A DNA stretch of 64,000 nucleotides from Felis catus (GCF_018350175.1 NC_058368.1:143222001-143286000), one strand, 5' to 3'. Counted from the first letter of the stretch, positions 47,031 to 60,429 are shown. Program-made: numbers and translations. Notes: generated from the letters alone by a model not told the origin.

Positions 47031-47944
47031 AGGAGTCTATCTAAGCTTCTCAAATCCAACCAAGATAAGGCTGTAAACTCAGGCAGGAATGATCACGCTA
47101 ATGACTAAGCACAAAATCTCCCCAAGTGCTTCGCCTTTGTCTTCAAGAAGATACAAGAGGAAAGTAAAGAACTACGTAAGTTAGAAACAAGGATTTCTGA
47201 GAGGTGGCCAGGCAGTGCCTCTAGCACTCTCTGGGCGAGAGGCGGCCTGATGTATCTGAGTGGTAAATGGAGATCAATGCATGGGGTGTAGCAGTGGATA
47301 TCCAATAAAATACCCTTATTTATCAAGCAAACTTCTGATTACAATCTGGCTTCCACTGTGGCATTTTTTCTATGGCAGATGATGTATTTTTAATGACTTA
47401 TAATAATTAACTAATAAGTTGCCATCTTAGTTTTTGTATCAGTCTCTTTTGAATTTTCATAGGGGATAATCACTCCACAGTGCCCCAAAATCACACATCC
47501 TAAGTAGTGAACTAAAAAGACCAGAATTTACCATCTGATGACACCAAAATATTGCAAACTTTTCAACATGAGCCTTTCTCTACATTGTTATACATCTTTC
47601 ACAAATAGATCATGTGTTATTTTTGATGGTTTTTCTACTTAACATTTCATATATTAAATTTTAATCTGAGTAACTTAACAATATCTGATTTTAAGAATCC
47701 CATAATTGGTGAACAATGTTTAATAAAAAAGACCAAATCAGATATTTAAATACTTCTCTGTAGACTTAATAAGATGATCAGTAAGATGGCCTAACTATAG
47801 TTATCATAAAAACAGCATTATTTAAATTTGACTTTTTTAATTTTATAAGATTTATTACAGTGGAGTGATTTCTATCATATACAATATTCAAACTTCTTAC
47901 TGAGAAGTAGTATTTTCATGATTCCATCAAGATCCCCAAAATCT

Positions 47945-48175
47945 GGGGCGCCTGGGTGGCGCAGTCGGTTAAGCGTCCGACTTCAGCCAAGTCACGATCT
48001 CGCGGTCCGTGAGTTCGAGCCCCGCGTCAGGCTCTGGGCTGATGGCTCGGAGCCTGGAGCCTGTTTCCGATTCTGTGTCTCCCTCTCTCTCTGCCCCTCC
48101 CCCGTTCATGCTCTGTCTCTCTCTGTCCCAAAAATAAATAAAAAACGTTGAAAAAAAATTAAAAAAAAAAAAAAA
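47945..48175 (+). mobile_element. Young SINEC_Fc-like SINE
   Basis: ggggcgcctgggtggcgcagtcggttaagcgtccgacttcagcc; CpG-intact. Confidence 0.96.
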
Positions 48176-48233
48176 CATCCCCCAAATCAGAATATTTCAA
48201 GACAATCAATGAATTTAGAACATTAAACAGATA

Positions 48234-48449
48234 GGGCTGTCTGGGTGGCTCAGTCAGGTAAGCCTCTGACTCTTGATTTCAGCTCAGATCATGATCTCAG
48301 TTTGTGAGTTGGAGCCCCACATTGAGCTCTGCGCTGGCAGTGCAGAGCCTGCTTGGGATTCTCTCTCTCTCCCTTTCTCTCTGTTCCTCCCCAACTTGTA
48401 CTCTCTCTGTCTCAAAATAAATAAACTTAAAAAAAAAAAAAAAAAAAAA
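48234..48449 (+). mobile_element. CanSINE with 17-bp TSD
   Basis: TSD agaacattaaacagata at 48217-48233 and 48450-48466. Confidence 0.93.
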
Positions 48450-49979
48450 AGAACATTAAACAGATAAGTTCTTTGGACATAAAATAGAAAGGGAGGGATG
48501 ATTTTAATGGGTATTTGATAAGAAGATGGATAAATCCCATAAACTTATTTTTCACCTTTAGTAGTACCAAAGCTTAATTTTTTTCATGTTGCCTATTTAG
48601 AAGTTAAAAAAATTCAGCTGAGTACCAGAAATGTAACTGTATAAAAGCCACAGTAACAATAACCACGATGTAGTGAGTAGTTAAGTGCTCCACTGTTTCA
48701 ACAAACTTGCTTGTATTTTGTCCTCTAATGTTCACAATTCTCTCCCCATTTTATAGATGAGGAAATGGAGACCTACAAAACTTAAGTAACTTGTCCAAGA
48801 TCACAGAGCTAAAGAAGATCAGTAATTTAAATTAGGCCACTAGCTGGCTCAAGAGACCTTGATGTGACTACTAAGCCACCCTGTACTGTGCCATACTGTG
48901 CCAGGCTAGGCTTTGCCACAGCTACAGCGTCTGTGGCCTAAATCTCCTAAGGTTTTTAAAGAAAAAAACAAACAAACAAAAAAAAACACTTTAAAAAATG
49001 CTACCAGTGCCATCAGAGTTTGATGATGAAATTACATCTTACAGAACAAAGGATAAAGTAAAAATGTATTTCATTTTCAAGCCTCTCGTAACTGCCTCTT
49101 AATTCTATAAAAAAGAAAAATACTGCTCAATTCACTAGTTGAGACAAATCCCTTCAACAGGAAATTCCCTTTAAAAAAAATTCTACCAAAACTGTCATAA
49201 TAAGATTAAAATCAGCAAAGGGGTACAGGTACTTTGAGGGACTAGAAAGAGAACAAAAGCCCACCCTACCCAAAAAAACTAAAAATATTTATATTTATCA
49301 TGGGAGATAGGATAAGTTAAAGCTGCAAAACTGCTTCCAAAATAGTTAAGGACTTAGTAGGAAGCTGAGGAATGTTCAAGTGCTTATGCCAATCAACTGA
49401 CTTCTGTGACTTTCCCAGGTGTGAAAGAAGAGGAAAAAAACTTAAAGATCACCTCTACCCTCTGGTTCCCCAGGAGTGTCTGTGTGTTGTGGGTGGTATG
49501 TGTACAGGACAAGTGAGAAATGAGAAGATAAATATTAAATGTAATCCCAGACCTCAGAAGAGTTTCAAAACTTCCCACACCACAAGGGTTCAGGATGTTT
49601 TCCACAGAAAAGACATCTACTGTTAAGAAACTGGTGGTGCTCTGGCAAACTTAATACTAGGTTGGTTTCCTAAAACAATGGCATGTTCTCTAAAGAAGGA
49701 AAAGGGCAGCTGAGGGGGAAAAAGGTAGCATATTAAAGTTAACTCTCAATTTAACACTACAAAAATTGAACATACCTCTTTCATGCTTCATTTTTAGCAG
49801 AATGGAGACCAGGAAAACCCTTCTAACACACAGCTTTCTGTTTCTCAGGTAAAGCAACAAACTAGATCTTGACTCCTTCAACAACTCATGGCTTTACCCC
49901 AGTTTGGGCCCTCCAAGCTCCTGGCTATTGATGGTTGGTAATCTCTCCCATTCTTCACCTCTTTTCCCAAGGCTCTGAC

Positions 49980-51200
49980 CAGCCCTCACTTTCTACATTT
50001 TCAGCAGATGGCCTTGTCTTTCACCATTTTCTAGAATTTACCATGAGGGCAGGGCTCTTTGTTCATAGATGTATCTCATACACATAGAACAGTGCCAGAC
50101 ACAAAGCAAGTACTTAATAAATATTTGTTTCTTAAATGAATCAATTGATGAATTGTGGAAATGAAGTCCCCCAGCTAAGGAACTCTTTCCCAGCCTCCTG
50201 CCCTTTAACCTACAAACTTAATCCAGTCATTTTCTTCCTTACAGCCTCCCCTCCAGTCCATGTGGAAGATAAGCCTACTGAGGTTGACTATTTATTCTAC
50301 CTGTGCTTCAGATCACAATCTCGCCCATCTCTTTCCTCAGTAATTATCCCTCTCTACTCTAATTTTCAAATACCCCCAGCTATGAACTCCTTTCCCAGGG
50401 CCTCAAAGAATGCTTAATCCTATTTTGAAGCAAAACCAAAAAAATTTCCTAACCCTGCAGCTTGCTGAAGTTACACTATTTCAAAGAAGCTTGCTCTTAA
50501 AGAAGTCTACACTTCTGGTCTCTGCTTCCTTATCCATTCCATTAGCATCATCACCGTGTGGCACTTTGGCTTCCATCTCAGGCTTCTCAAACCTCTCATG
50601 GTAAGGTCATTAAAGGACCACTGCCTACCCCATCTAAGAGCTACTGTTGCTTCGTTTGGTGTTTCTGCTACATTTGATCCTGGCTATTCATTTCTTAAAA
50701 CTCCCTTTTCTTGCTTTTTGGCACTATTCTCTCACTGTTTTAGCCTGACAGTTTTCTCCACTCCTTTGCCTGTCCCTTAAATGACTATTCCCTCAGAAAG
50801 GCTTCATCTGCTCTTTTCTATAAATATCCTGAATGAGCTCATCCACATTCATACTTTCAACCATTACTTACATATTGTACTGACTCCCAAAACTCTATCC
50901 TCAGCCCAGTCCTTTTTACCTGAGCTCCAGACCTGGATATCCAACTGGAAGACATTCCCATGTGGATGACCATAAATATATCAGCTTTTACCTAATTTGT
51001 CATTTCACCTCACTGCAAATTTCTCGTTTCCTACCTCAACTAATTGCTGACGAAGCCAATCTCCTTATCCCTCTATACCTATACAGTTCATCGTTAACTC
51101 CTATAAATACTAGTAGGTAAACCTCTTTTAAATTCAGCCCCAGTTCTACTCTATCTTAATGCCAGCCATTATTGTTGACTAAACTGCTATAATTAACCTA
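49980..51200 (+). mobile_element. LINE-2 fragments
   Basis: catgagggcagggctc...agaacagtgccagacaca...aataaatatttg; tgactcccaaa...ctgagctccagacctggatatccaact. Confidence 0.7.
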
Positions 51201-51624
51201 TTACACAATTAAACTTGAGGGTCTACAAGACCCCCAACCATTTTTCACACACACTTCCCTCCCCCAAGCCCCCAAATCCAAAACTTGCAATATGAGTAGT
51301 TAATATAAAACACAAGCATAGTAATAACTCTACTGGCTTAAAACTGTTCCTTTGCTCACCATTACTTAAAGCGATGGGCTCTAAAGTGGGGTACAAAAAG
51401 TTTTCTCCTTTCATTTCTGTTCTTATGTTTTGGAATATATCTATATGAATATATATATACAGACAGTAGAACATGTAACAGAATTAGATACATATGAAGG
51501 AATATACTTCAAATATTTTATTGATATGGGTACTTCATGGCACATAGTCATCATATGACCCTGGACTAATTTTTAATCAAATCTACTTTTATACTGTATA
51601 TGAATTACGCCAAACTACCTTCAT

Positions 51625-51827
51625 TTTCTTTTTTTTTTAAGTTTATTATTTTGAGAGAGCCATAGACGTCGCCAGTGGGGCAGGGGCAGAGAGAGGGAGA
51701 CAGAGAATCCTAACCAGGCTCTGTCTGCACTGTAAGCGCAGAGCTTGAACCCACAAAACTGTGAGATCATGACCTGAGCTGAAACCAAGAGTCAGACGCT
51801 TAAGGGACTGAGCCACCCAGGTGCACC
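51625..51827 (-). mobile_element. CanSINE (SINEC)
   Basis: Ends actgagccacccaggtgcacc. Confidence 0.88.
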
Positions 51828-53451
51828 TACCGTAACTTTCTAACTAGCATGTGTCACCTGTGAGGCTCTACGTATGCCACCCCTCTGCCTGAAATGTCCT
51901 AATATCCACTCACATATGTTCTGACTTCCCATTGACCACCCTCCCCATCAACTCATCTCTCAAAACAAACCTAACTTGCTATATGAAGCTTTTTTTGACC
52001 TTCCCAGGTAGAGGTGGGCACTTCCTTCTCGGTCTGTCAGAGACACGTGCATTACATTACAGCAGTAATGTAATTTCTTGTTTACATGGCTGTCTAGTCA
52101 TCTTTGTACTGACAGTGCCTAGCATGATTCATGACACAAATTAAGTGTGTTATGTTTGTTACAAGTGCTCAAGAGGCACAGTAGTACGAAAAAAACCACA
52201 GCAACACCTTAGTTACCTGAAACAGTTGAAAGAGTAAGTGCTTTGTTTTGCTGAGGTTTGGGCTGATGATCAATTTTAACTTTTCCTGTTTTGAGATGTG
52301 TTTGCATCATGCATTGAGTTTTCAGGTGTTGGTAACAGCGAGAGATTTTTAGAAAGCCAACACTTTATCATTTACAAAGTTCTAATCAATTAACCACCAA
52401 CAGTGTCAACACATTCTAAAAAACGACTTATATAAATTAAAATGCTAAGGCTCAGTGATTCTGGTCAAACATAGCAAATTAATTGCATACATTTATCTTC
52501 CTTTTCTGAAATCCCACTAAAATATAAGTGAAGGGAAAAGAAAGTATAAACCCATAACACCAAAGAACAGAAGTGACACCAGTGCACAAGTAATTCGAAT
52601 ATGGTTTGAAAGATGTAATTTTAAAAGAAGGAATAGTACTTGACTTGGCAAAGGCAAGGAAACTAAATTGCCTGCAAAGAGGGAACTAGTAAATGAACTT
52701 GTGGAATTTACAGGCAATGGGATGCAGAACAGAGCATAAGGCATAGGATGAAAATTGGGAATTGATTGAAAATTTAAATAACGAAGCAATAAGAGTCCCC
52801 ACTCCCTCCACAGTCCAGCAACAACCTTGCCCAAGAGCAGGAGACAAAGATGGGGCCTAAAACAGGAGTGTCTTAACACTTTCTCTTAAGAAAGCCAGAA
52901 AACTAAACCATGGCCCTCCCCTATGTGGTATTCAGATTATACAGGTACATACAGTATATAGGTACATAGAGAAGAAAATACTTACCTTGCTCTAGAAATG
53001 CCACGAGTTATATATAGTGGAAGATCATTCTCTGGATAAAGTGAACAATCTCAGACAACAATCTCAGAATTTTTAAAGAGAAAATCTCCCAAATTTAGGG
53101 AAACTAACCAGATTGAAAGGGCCCAACAGAGACTATTTACTGACACTTGGGGACCACCCAAGAAGACCACCACCTAAATGCTTAACATGAAGTTCACTAA
53201 TGACATGACTCACTAAGTCACAAAGAGCTTTGAATCAGCTTTTCAATATCTCCAATACATAGATGAGGATCACCAGGTATTTCAGGAAACTTTCCAACAT
53301 GATAGGAACTAAACACAACACAACAAAAAAGAACAGAAAAAAAGGTAATTTAGGAAACAGAAAACAAAACTATGAAACACCATAAAATTCCTCAAATAAG
53401 ATACTGAAAAAGATGGTTTGCAAATTAAAATGTATATGGAAATTAAAAATC

Positions 53452-53630
53452 CAGGTCATGATTTCAGCTCAGGTCATGATCTCAGGGTTCATGAGTTCAA
53501 GCGTTGGGTACAGCTCTGTACTGACGGTGTGGAGCCTGCTTGGAATTCTCTCCCTCTCCCTCTGCCCCTCTCTAGATTGCTCTCTAGGTCTTTCTCAAAA
53601 TAAATAAAAATAAACTTAAAAAAAAAAAAG
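53452..53630 (+). mobile_element. 5'-truncated CanSINE
   Basis: gatttcagctcaggtcatgatctc...gagcctgcttggaattctctc...aaaataaataaaa. Confidence 0.85.
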
Positions 53631-53852
53631 AAGTGTTAGAAGCTGGAAGTCAAGGAAACTTCCTCAGAAGGCAGATTAAAAGGGGAAAAAAATGGTAGAA
53701 ACGACAAAAAGGAAGTCCACCATCCAACCAATGGACAATTCATAAAGAGAAGACAAAATGTACAGGTAAATTTTTTTTACAGAAGAAAATCTCCCAAATT
53801 TAGGGAAACTAACCAGATTGAAACAGCCCAACAGAGACTTAAACAGCAAAAT

Positions 53853-53902
<50 letters not shown>

Positions 53903-53972
53903 CATACAAACAAAAAAAGCCCTCACACTGTATCTAGAGATACAGACTCAATTATAAAAGAAGGAGGATTCA

Positions 53973-54195
53973 GGGGCGCCTGGGTGGCGCAGTCGGTTAA
54001 GCGTCCGACTTCAGCCAGGTCACGATCTCGCGGTCCGTGAGTTCGAGCCCCGCGTCAGGCTCTGGGCTGATGGCTCAGAGCCTGGAGCCTGTTTCCGATT
54101 CTGTGTCTCCCTCTCTCTCTGCCCCTCCCCCGTTCATGCTCTGTCTCTCTCTGTCCCAAAAATAAATAAACGTTGAAAAAAAAAAATTAAAAAAA
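53973..54195 (+). mobile_element. Young SINEC_Fc-like SINE with TSD
   Basis: Near-consensus, CpG-intact; flanked by aaaagaaggaggattcag on both sides. Confidence 0.97.
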
Positions 54196-54482
54196 AAAGA
54201 AGGAGGATTCAGAGGAGACACTTTCACATATACTATGGCTCAAAATTCACCTCCCACTGAGCCATTTTCAGGTACCACAGGAAAACGAGCTTCAGTAAAA
54301 CCAAGAAAGAAAACAGCGTCCAGGAGATACAGTGCAAATAAATAAATGGGCATAAAGAGAGAGAAAGGTTTAGGATGAGAACTACATAGTATGCCTAAAG
54401 AGTACCTAGTCCATATTGCATCAGGAGTACAGAGGGCTATAGATTTTTTTTTTTTTTAGTTAAAAAAAAAAACTTGGAAACA

Positions 54483-54705
54483 GGGCCCCTGGGTGGCTCA
54501 GTCAGTTAAGCCTCCGACTTCGGCTCAGGTCATGATCTCATGATTCATGGGTTCAAGCCCATGTCAGGCTCTGAACTGACAGCTCAGAGCCTAGAGCGTG
54601 CTTCAGATTCTGTGTCTCCCTCTCTCTCTGTCCCTCCCTCCATTCACACTCTTTCTCCCTAAAAAATTAACATTTAAAAATTTTTTTAAATAAAAATAAA
54701 AAATA
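54483..54705 (+). mobile_element. CanSINE (feline type)
   Basis: TSD aaaaaaaacttggaa. Confidence 0.92.
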
Positions 54706-54772
54706 AAAAAAACTTGGAACGGACATAGAGGCATTTGACCATTTGGTTAACATCCATCCATACATGATATGG

Positions 54773-55255
54773 TGTGGCTGGAAGAACTCTAAGATGGCCC
54801 CAAGATTATTGCCCCCTGGCGGATGCTTTCTGCCTAAAACTTTCACCTTGAGTGTGGTAAAAGGGTTGAATAGGATGGGGTATCACAGAGGTGATAGGGT
54901 CATTCATCAGTTGACTTTCAGTTAATCAAAAGGGAGGTTATCTTAGGACCCTCACTTATTTGGGTGAGTCCTTTAAAAGAAGTTGAAGGACTGGAAAGGG
55001 GTTCTTCCTCCTGGCCTTAAAGACACAGCTTCTGAGTTCTACACCTGCAAGGCAACAAATTCACTCAAAAACCACATGAGCTTTAAAGATAATGTAGATC
55101 CATAATGTGTCTAGTTCCTGCCACCTTGACTGCTGTCTTGTGACACCCTGAGAAGATCCAATTACTCCTGACTCACAGAAACCGTGAGACAAATGTACAT
55201 TGTTTTAAGCCACTAAAATTGTGGTAATTTGTCACACAGCAATAGAAATGTAAAA
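54773..55255 (+). mobile_element. MaLR solo LTR (MLT1E-like)
   Basis: tgtggctggaagaactctaagatggcccc...ctcctgactcacagaaaccgtgaga...tgttttaagccactaa...cagcaatagaaa. Confidence 0.8.
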
Positions 55256-55644
55256 CTATGGCATGTTGACAAACTTAAGGGTATCTAAGCAGAATACACA
55301 ACTTCAAAGGAAATCATACTCCAAATGCAAAAACTTCAGGAGTCAAAGCAGGCTCAAGTAATTTTAGAAATAATACATTTAGTAATACCAGAAAGCAGGA
55401 TTAACTCTGAATAAGAAAGACACATAACTGGTCAGTACTGCTGAAAGTAAGCAGGTTTAAAGAGATAGAGAGCAGTTTCAAGTTGTCCTGGATCTTTTAG
55501 CTTAAAAAAAAAATCAAGGATTTCCCCTCAGTTCAGAATTTTAATTTTTGCAAACTGCAAAGAAAAAAAACCAAAAGCTTCAAGAATTGAGTTTTCATAT
55601 GGCTACAAAGTTTCTCACATGTGTCAGCTTCATTTAGCAAATAC

Positions 55645-55832
55645 AACGACTCTCAAAGCAAGGTCCTAGGACCAGCAGCATCAGCATCACCTGGGAGTTT
55701 GTTAGAACAGCAAATTTGTGAAACTCACTCCCAGACTCACTGAATCAAAAACTGGGGGTGAAGCCCAGCAATCTCAGTTTTTAACAAGCCCTCTGGGTGA
55801 TCCTGATACAGGTTGAAAATTGAGAACCATTC
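55645..55832. mobile_element. MER5A-like hAT element
   Basis: gaccagcagcatcagcatcacctgggagtttgttagaa...ttttaacaagccctctgggtgat...ttgagaacca. Confidence 0.85.
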
Positions 55833-57152
55833 ATCTAATGTCAATTTTTGCCAGTTCCCTACTACGTTCTGGTCTTCCTTCTTTGGTCAAGACGTAAAGC
55901 ATTTCCAAAGTTACCATATCTAACCTAGATTAGTCACTAGCACCTGGCAGAAGCTTAAAAAAATGTTTGCTAAATAACTAATGTATTAGGCTTCAGATGT
56001 GTTTCTCTCACCAGAGGGTTTTTAGAAGAAATTGGATATGAACGACTTTAGGCAGGATGTGTTCTATTCACTTTCCCACCATCTTCATCAATCCCTACTG
56101 CCTTCTACCTCATACGTTCACATATTTTTCTGCCCAGCCAATGACAGCATTTGAATTTGACATCTAGAAAAAATAATTTATAATGAATAATTTAAAATCT
56201 GGATACAATATGGTCCACTCTTCTCTTACAAATTCCAGGCAAGTGAGTAACTTATAGCTATCTCATGATGATTCAAACATGTACAATATGTTACCCAACC
56301 ATTTACAGGTTTCCTGGTCCAGCATGAAGCCTTAGGAAAGGTGTTTCAACATACCACCCCAAGATTTCTGTTCCTGGTCTGAAATCTTCAGAAAAGTAGA
56401 CCCTGACTAAGTATTTCAAAGGTTCATCTGCCCAGTAACTACAGAGGTGGCTAACAGGGCTTTGACTGATGGAATTTATAATTTAAAGTGAACTTTGGAA
56501 ACTTTATATAAACCATGGACATGTAATAACATCAAATCATTTCTGAGAAACACTTCAATGAATTCAAAATTTAATGCATGAGCAGAGATTTAATTACACT
56601 AAAATTAGAATGTAGTTTCTTTCCATACCATCTACAAGGAAAACAAGATACATTTAATGAACTCATCACTAAGATACCAAGCTTCCACTAAATTAGAATG
56701 CTTCTTTTAACTATGAGGGGTTAGAAACCTCTCTCTAAATGAGTCACGACGTAGGTGAGCATCGATTTAGGATGCTCCGAAGTAATGATAGGAGCCTGAG
56801 GAGCTGGAGGAGCTGGGACACACTCTGCCATTTCATGGCGGCATAACCTCCTGTAAGTCACAACTCCCTTTGAGCTCTCTCTCCTTACCCACACGAGGTG
56901 TAGATAAGTACTAACACTCCAAAAACTCTTTACACTGAAAAACAAGAAACAATTGTTGCTATTAGCGTAACTAGTTCCTTAATCAATTGTTTAAAGACAA
57001 ATGAAATAAAGGTAAGCTAAAACTGGGTCAAACACCTAAGTATATGTAAGAACAGTGACTGATTCTGATAATTTGTACTGTAGATATTATCATTTTTTAA
57101 ACAGCCCTCACCCTAATAACCCAAGAGAAGTTCTAAAAACTTAATATATTCA

Positions 57153-57330
57153 GGGGGCTTGGGTAGCTCAGTTGGCTAAGCGTCCAACTCTTGATTTTGG
57201 CTCGGGTCATGATCTTACATTTTGTGGAATTAAGACCCGCAACTGCTGTGAGCACAGAGCCTGCTTGGGACTCTTTTTCTCTCTCTCTGTCTCTCAAAAT
57301 AAATAAATGAACACTTAAAAAAATATAAAA
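57153..57330 (+). mobile_element. CanSINE (SINEC)
   Basis: gggtagctcagttggctaagcgtccaactcttgattttggctc. Confidence 0.85.
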
Positions 57331-58668
57331 ACAGATTCTTCACAGAAAAAGCTAAAAGATTCAGAAAAACTAAAAAAAAAAAATTAAAAAATTCACAATC
57401 ATACCTCCCCAAAATAAACATGGTAGCACTTTAAGGAATTTTCTTCAAGTATTTTTATGTATATACAGAACATATTTTATATAGACGAGGCCACAGAGAA
57501 TATACAGTTTGGCACCCTGGTTTCTAACTGACCACTGTACCATCTTTGAAAACATTCTTCAGGCTGGCTTCCTACCATACAAATAGCCTACAGTTTAACT
57601 ACCAATTATATACTAATGACTCAGAATATACTAATATGTCACCAAAGAAAACCAAATAGTAATATTCTCATTAATGCCTTTTTCTTTTCCCCACACTAAT
57701 ATAAGTATCAATTCAGCATTCATAGAGTATTCAATGAAAGCAACAATGAAAATTAGACAACTAAAATTCTATATATTATCAGTTGAGTAAGGCAGCCTGC
57801 GAGATCTAGAATAGTTTGTTTTAAATTAACACAAAGATGGGTTTAAGGATGGCTTGGGAGTATTCCCATTCAGCTGAATGTATACAGATCCCTGGCAGTA
57901 CTGAGTAAACAAGAGTAGGTAGAATCCTCATTCTGTAAACATCTTGGGAGCTGGCAGGGTGATTACGCAAAGCACATGAATTTTAATGTTAAAATCCACG
58001 TGACAGAGATTCCTAACAACCCAGGAGAGAAAATGGCAGTTTTGCAAAAGGGAAGCATATAAAGATAAAGGGACAGGCTAAGCACACTCAAATATTTTGA
58101 GAGGTTCAAAGTAATTGTCCTATATGTTTAGTAATGTACAGACTTACCTTCTGTGAAGACTGACAGAAATTTTCTAACATGAGCACTTGGAGTTCTTTTA
58201 TAGTCAAATCCACTTAAGATAATTTCTTAGAGACTTATTAAGAGCCTAATGGGGGAAACTGAAAATAACTAGGGCAGAAAATTGTAACTCACAAAAAAAG
58301 CCTTATTCAGAATAGCTCTCCTGAACTTCGTATAAATGCTTAAATGAAAACAGAAAGACAATAAAGTAAGATTGAGGCATGCTTAAATGTGAAAGTAAAA
58401 AGAACCAACAATTTACCTAGAAAAATGATCAGAAAAATAACTGGTACATCCAACTGTATACCTAATTGCTATTAGGAATCCGGATTTTCTGTATATGGAA
58501 AAAGGATTCTAATTTTCCCCAGATCCTTTCAACTTACATTGCACTTGCATGCTATACTATGAACTAGACGGTTAGCAAACACAATATATAGCACTCACAA
58601 GACATATGTACCAGAGCTGTGGCTCTCAGCACATTTCTAGTAAGGCTCTCCTATTAAACACAGGGACA

Positions 58669-58840
58669 TGGGGTGCCTGGGTAGCTCAGCTGGTTAAATG
58701 TCTGACTCCTGATTTCAGCTCAAGTCATGATCTCATGGGTCGGGAAATGGAGCCCGCCGGTGACTGACTTAAGATTCTTTCTCTGTCCCTCCCCTGAGCA
58801 TGTGTGCATGCTCTCTTTCAAAACAAAAACAAAAATATAC
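58669..58840 (+). mobile_element. CanSINE (older, internally deleted)
   Basis: ggggtgcctgggtagctcagctggttaa. Confidence 0.82.
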
Positions 58841-59627
58841 ACGAACAAATTTCCTCCCTTCTATGGGTTAAGGGGAGGGAGGAAGTCATGGACTCTTGTC
58901 TGCAGCCCTCTGGACTCTGACACACGGATCCAGATGTGCCAATACACATGACATGATAAACATGACTTAAAAAGAAAGTAATGAAAGCTGCTTTGGTATC
59001 TGTGGTCCCTTGGCAGTTGTTTGTGTTTAATTTCTAATTCTTATTTGGTAATTTTATACAAAGTTCTCAATTCTTACAACTGCTCTCTGCCTTGAGGAAC
59101 TAGCGCCAAACCCTCAAAGATAACATGAAAATGTTTCATGTTTTATGGAAGAACATTAAAAGAAAATATCTATAAAGCAAACCTTTTGTTTTTTAAAGCT
59201 AATAGTAGCTACTAAGAGATTAAGGTGATTTTTTGAAAGCTAGCATAAGTAGAAAGGTAAATTTTATTATGAAGGGAAAAGATTGACTCAATTGGTAAAT
59301 GTTTGTATTTTATAAATAATTTTATTTTCTCATACAAGAAAGAAAAGAGGAACTTTTTGCCTTCCTCCAGTGGCCTACCTTAAAAGAGACAAGACAGTTA
59401 TATATAAGTGAAATTCAGGGCTTAACTAAGTCAAATGTTAGTTCTACCCATTTAAAATTCTTTTAGCTACACAAAAGCCATTTTGGGTTCACAATCCATT
59501 AGTGAAGGGGGAACCTCATGAGAAAGAATATTTTTGTTTTTTTCCTTTGCAAGGTCACTAGAAAGATGTCCTTGTAAAATTAATTCTAAACTGTACTTAA
59601 CAGTGAAGTGAGATTTTTAAAAACTTT

Positions 59628-59843
59628 TTTTTTATTTTTTTAATGTTTATTTATTTTTGAGGCAGAGAGAGAGCATGAGCAGGGAAGGGGCAGAGAGAGA
59701 GACAGGGAGACACAAAATGTGAAGCAGGCTCCAAGCTCCGAGCTGTCAGCACAGAGCCCGACTCGGGGCTTGAACTCGCAAACCGCAAGATCGTGACCCG
59801 ACCCAAAGTCAGACGCTTAACCAACTGAACCACCCAGGCGCCC
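59628..59843 (-). mobile_element. CanSINE (feline type)
   Basis: TSD tttaaaaacttttt. Confidence 0.93.
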
Positions 59844-59886
59844 CTTTAAAAACTTTTTAAAACAAGATGGGAAAATAAATGAAATA

Positions 59887-60429
59887 CAGTTAGTTGACCC
59901 TTGACAATGTGGGTTAGGAGCGCCAATTCCCTCAACGGTGAAAAATTCACTTATAACTTCTGACTCCACTAACACGTTACTAATAACCTACTGTTGACTG
60001 GAAGCCTTACTGATAACATCAACAGTCAATTAACACACTTTGTATATTATATACTATTTCTTTCAGTGAAGAGAGGAAAAAGAAAACGTTATTAAGAAAA
60101 TCATAAGGAAGGGGCAGCTGGGTGGTTCAGTCGGTTAAGCATCCAACTCTTGATTTCAGCTCAGATCATCCTCTCACAGTCATGAGTTTGAGCCCCACAT
60201 TGGGCTCCCACGCTGACAGTGTGAAGCCTGCCTGGGATTCTCATTCTGTCCCTCTCTCTCTGACCTCCCCACCCCCGGCTCGCACTCTCTCTCAAAATAA
60301 AAGAAATGAACCTAAAAAAAAAGGAAAATCTTAAGAGAAAATACATGTATAATACTGCACTGTATTTATATTAAAAAATCTGTAAGTGGACTCACGCAGC
60401 TCAAACCCAAGTTGTTGAGAGATGTACTG
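59887..60429. mobile_element. Tigger2-family MITE with nested SINE (about 60111-60322)
   Basis: agttgacccttgacaa...ctactgttgactggaagccttactgataac...gtggactcacgcagctcaaaccc; same family as 43072-43807. Confidence 0.8.

Noticed and set aside
52517..52879. 120-aa minus-strand ORF
   Set aside because: Non-ATG start, compositionally biased, in decayed L1-like sequence.
52986..52991. 6-nt micro-exon candidate catttctag|AGCAAG|gtaagt (minus strand)
   Set aside because: Perfect donor but very short pyrimidine tract and no UGC motif typical of SRRM4-dependent micro-exons; likely chance.
53973..54060. tRNA-like A/B-box sequence at SINE heads
   Set aside because: tRNA-derived SINE head followed by CT tract, A tail and TSD; not a tRNA gene.
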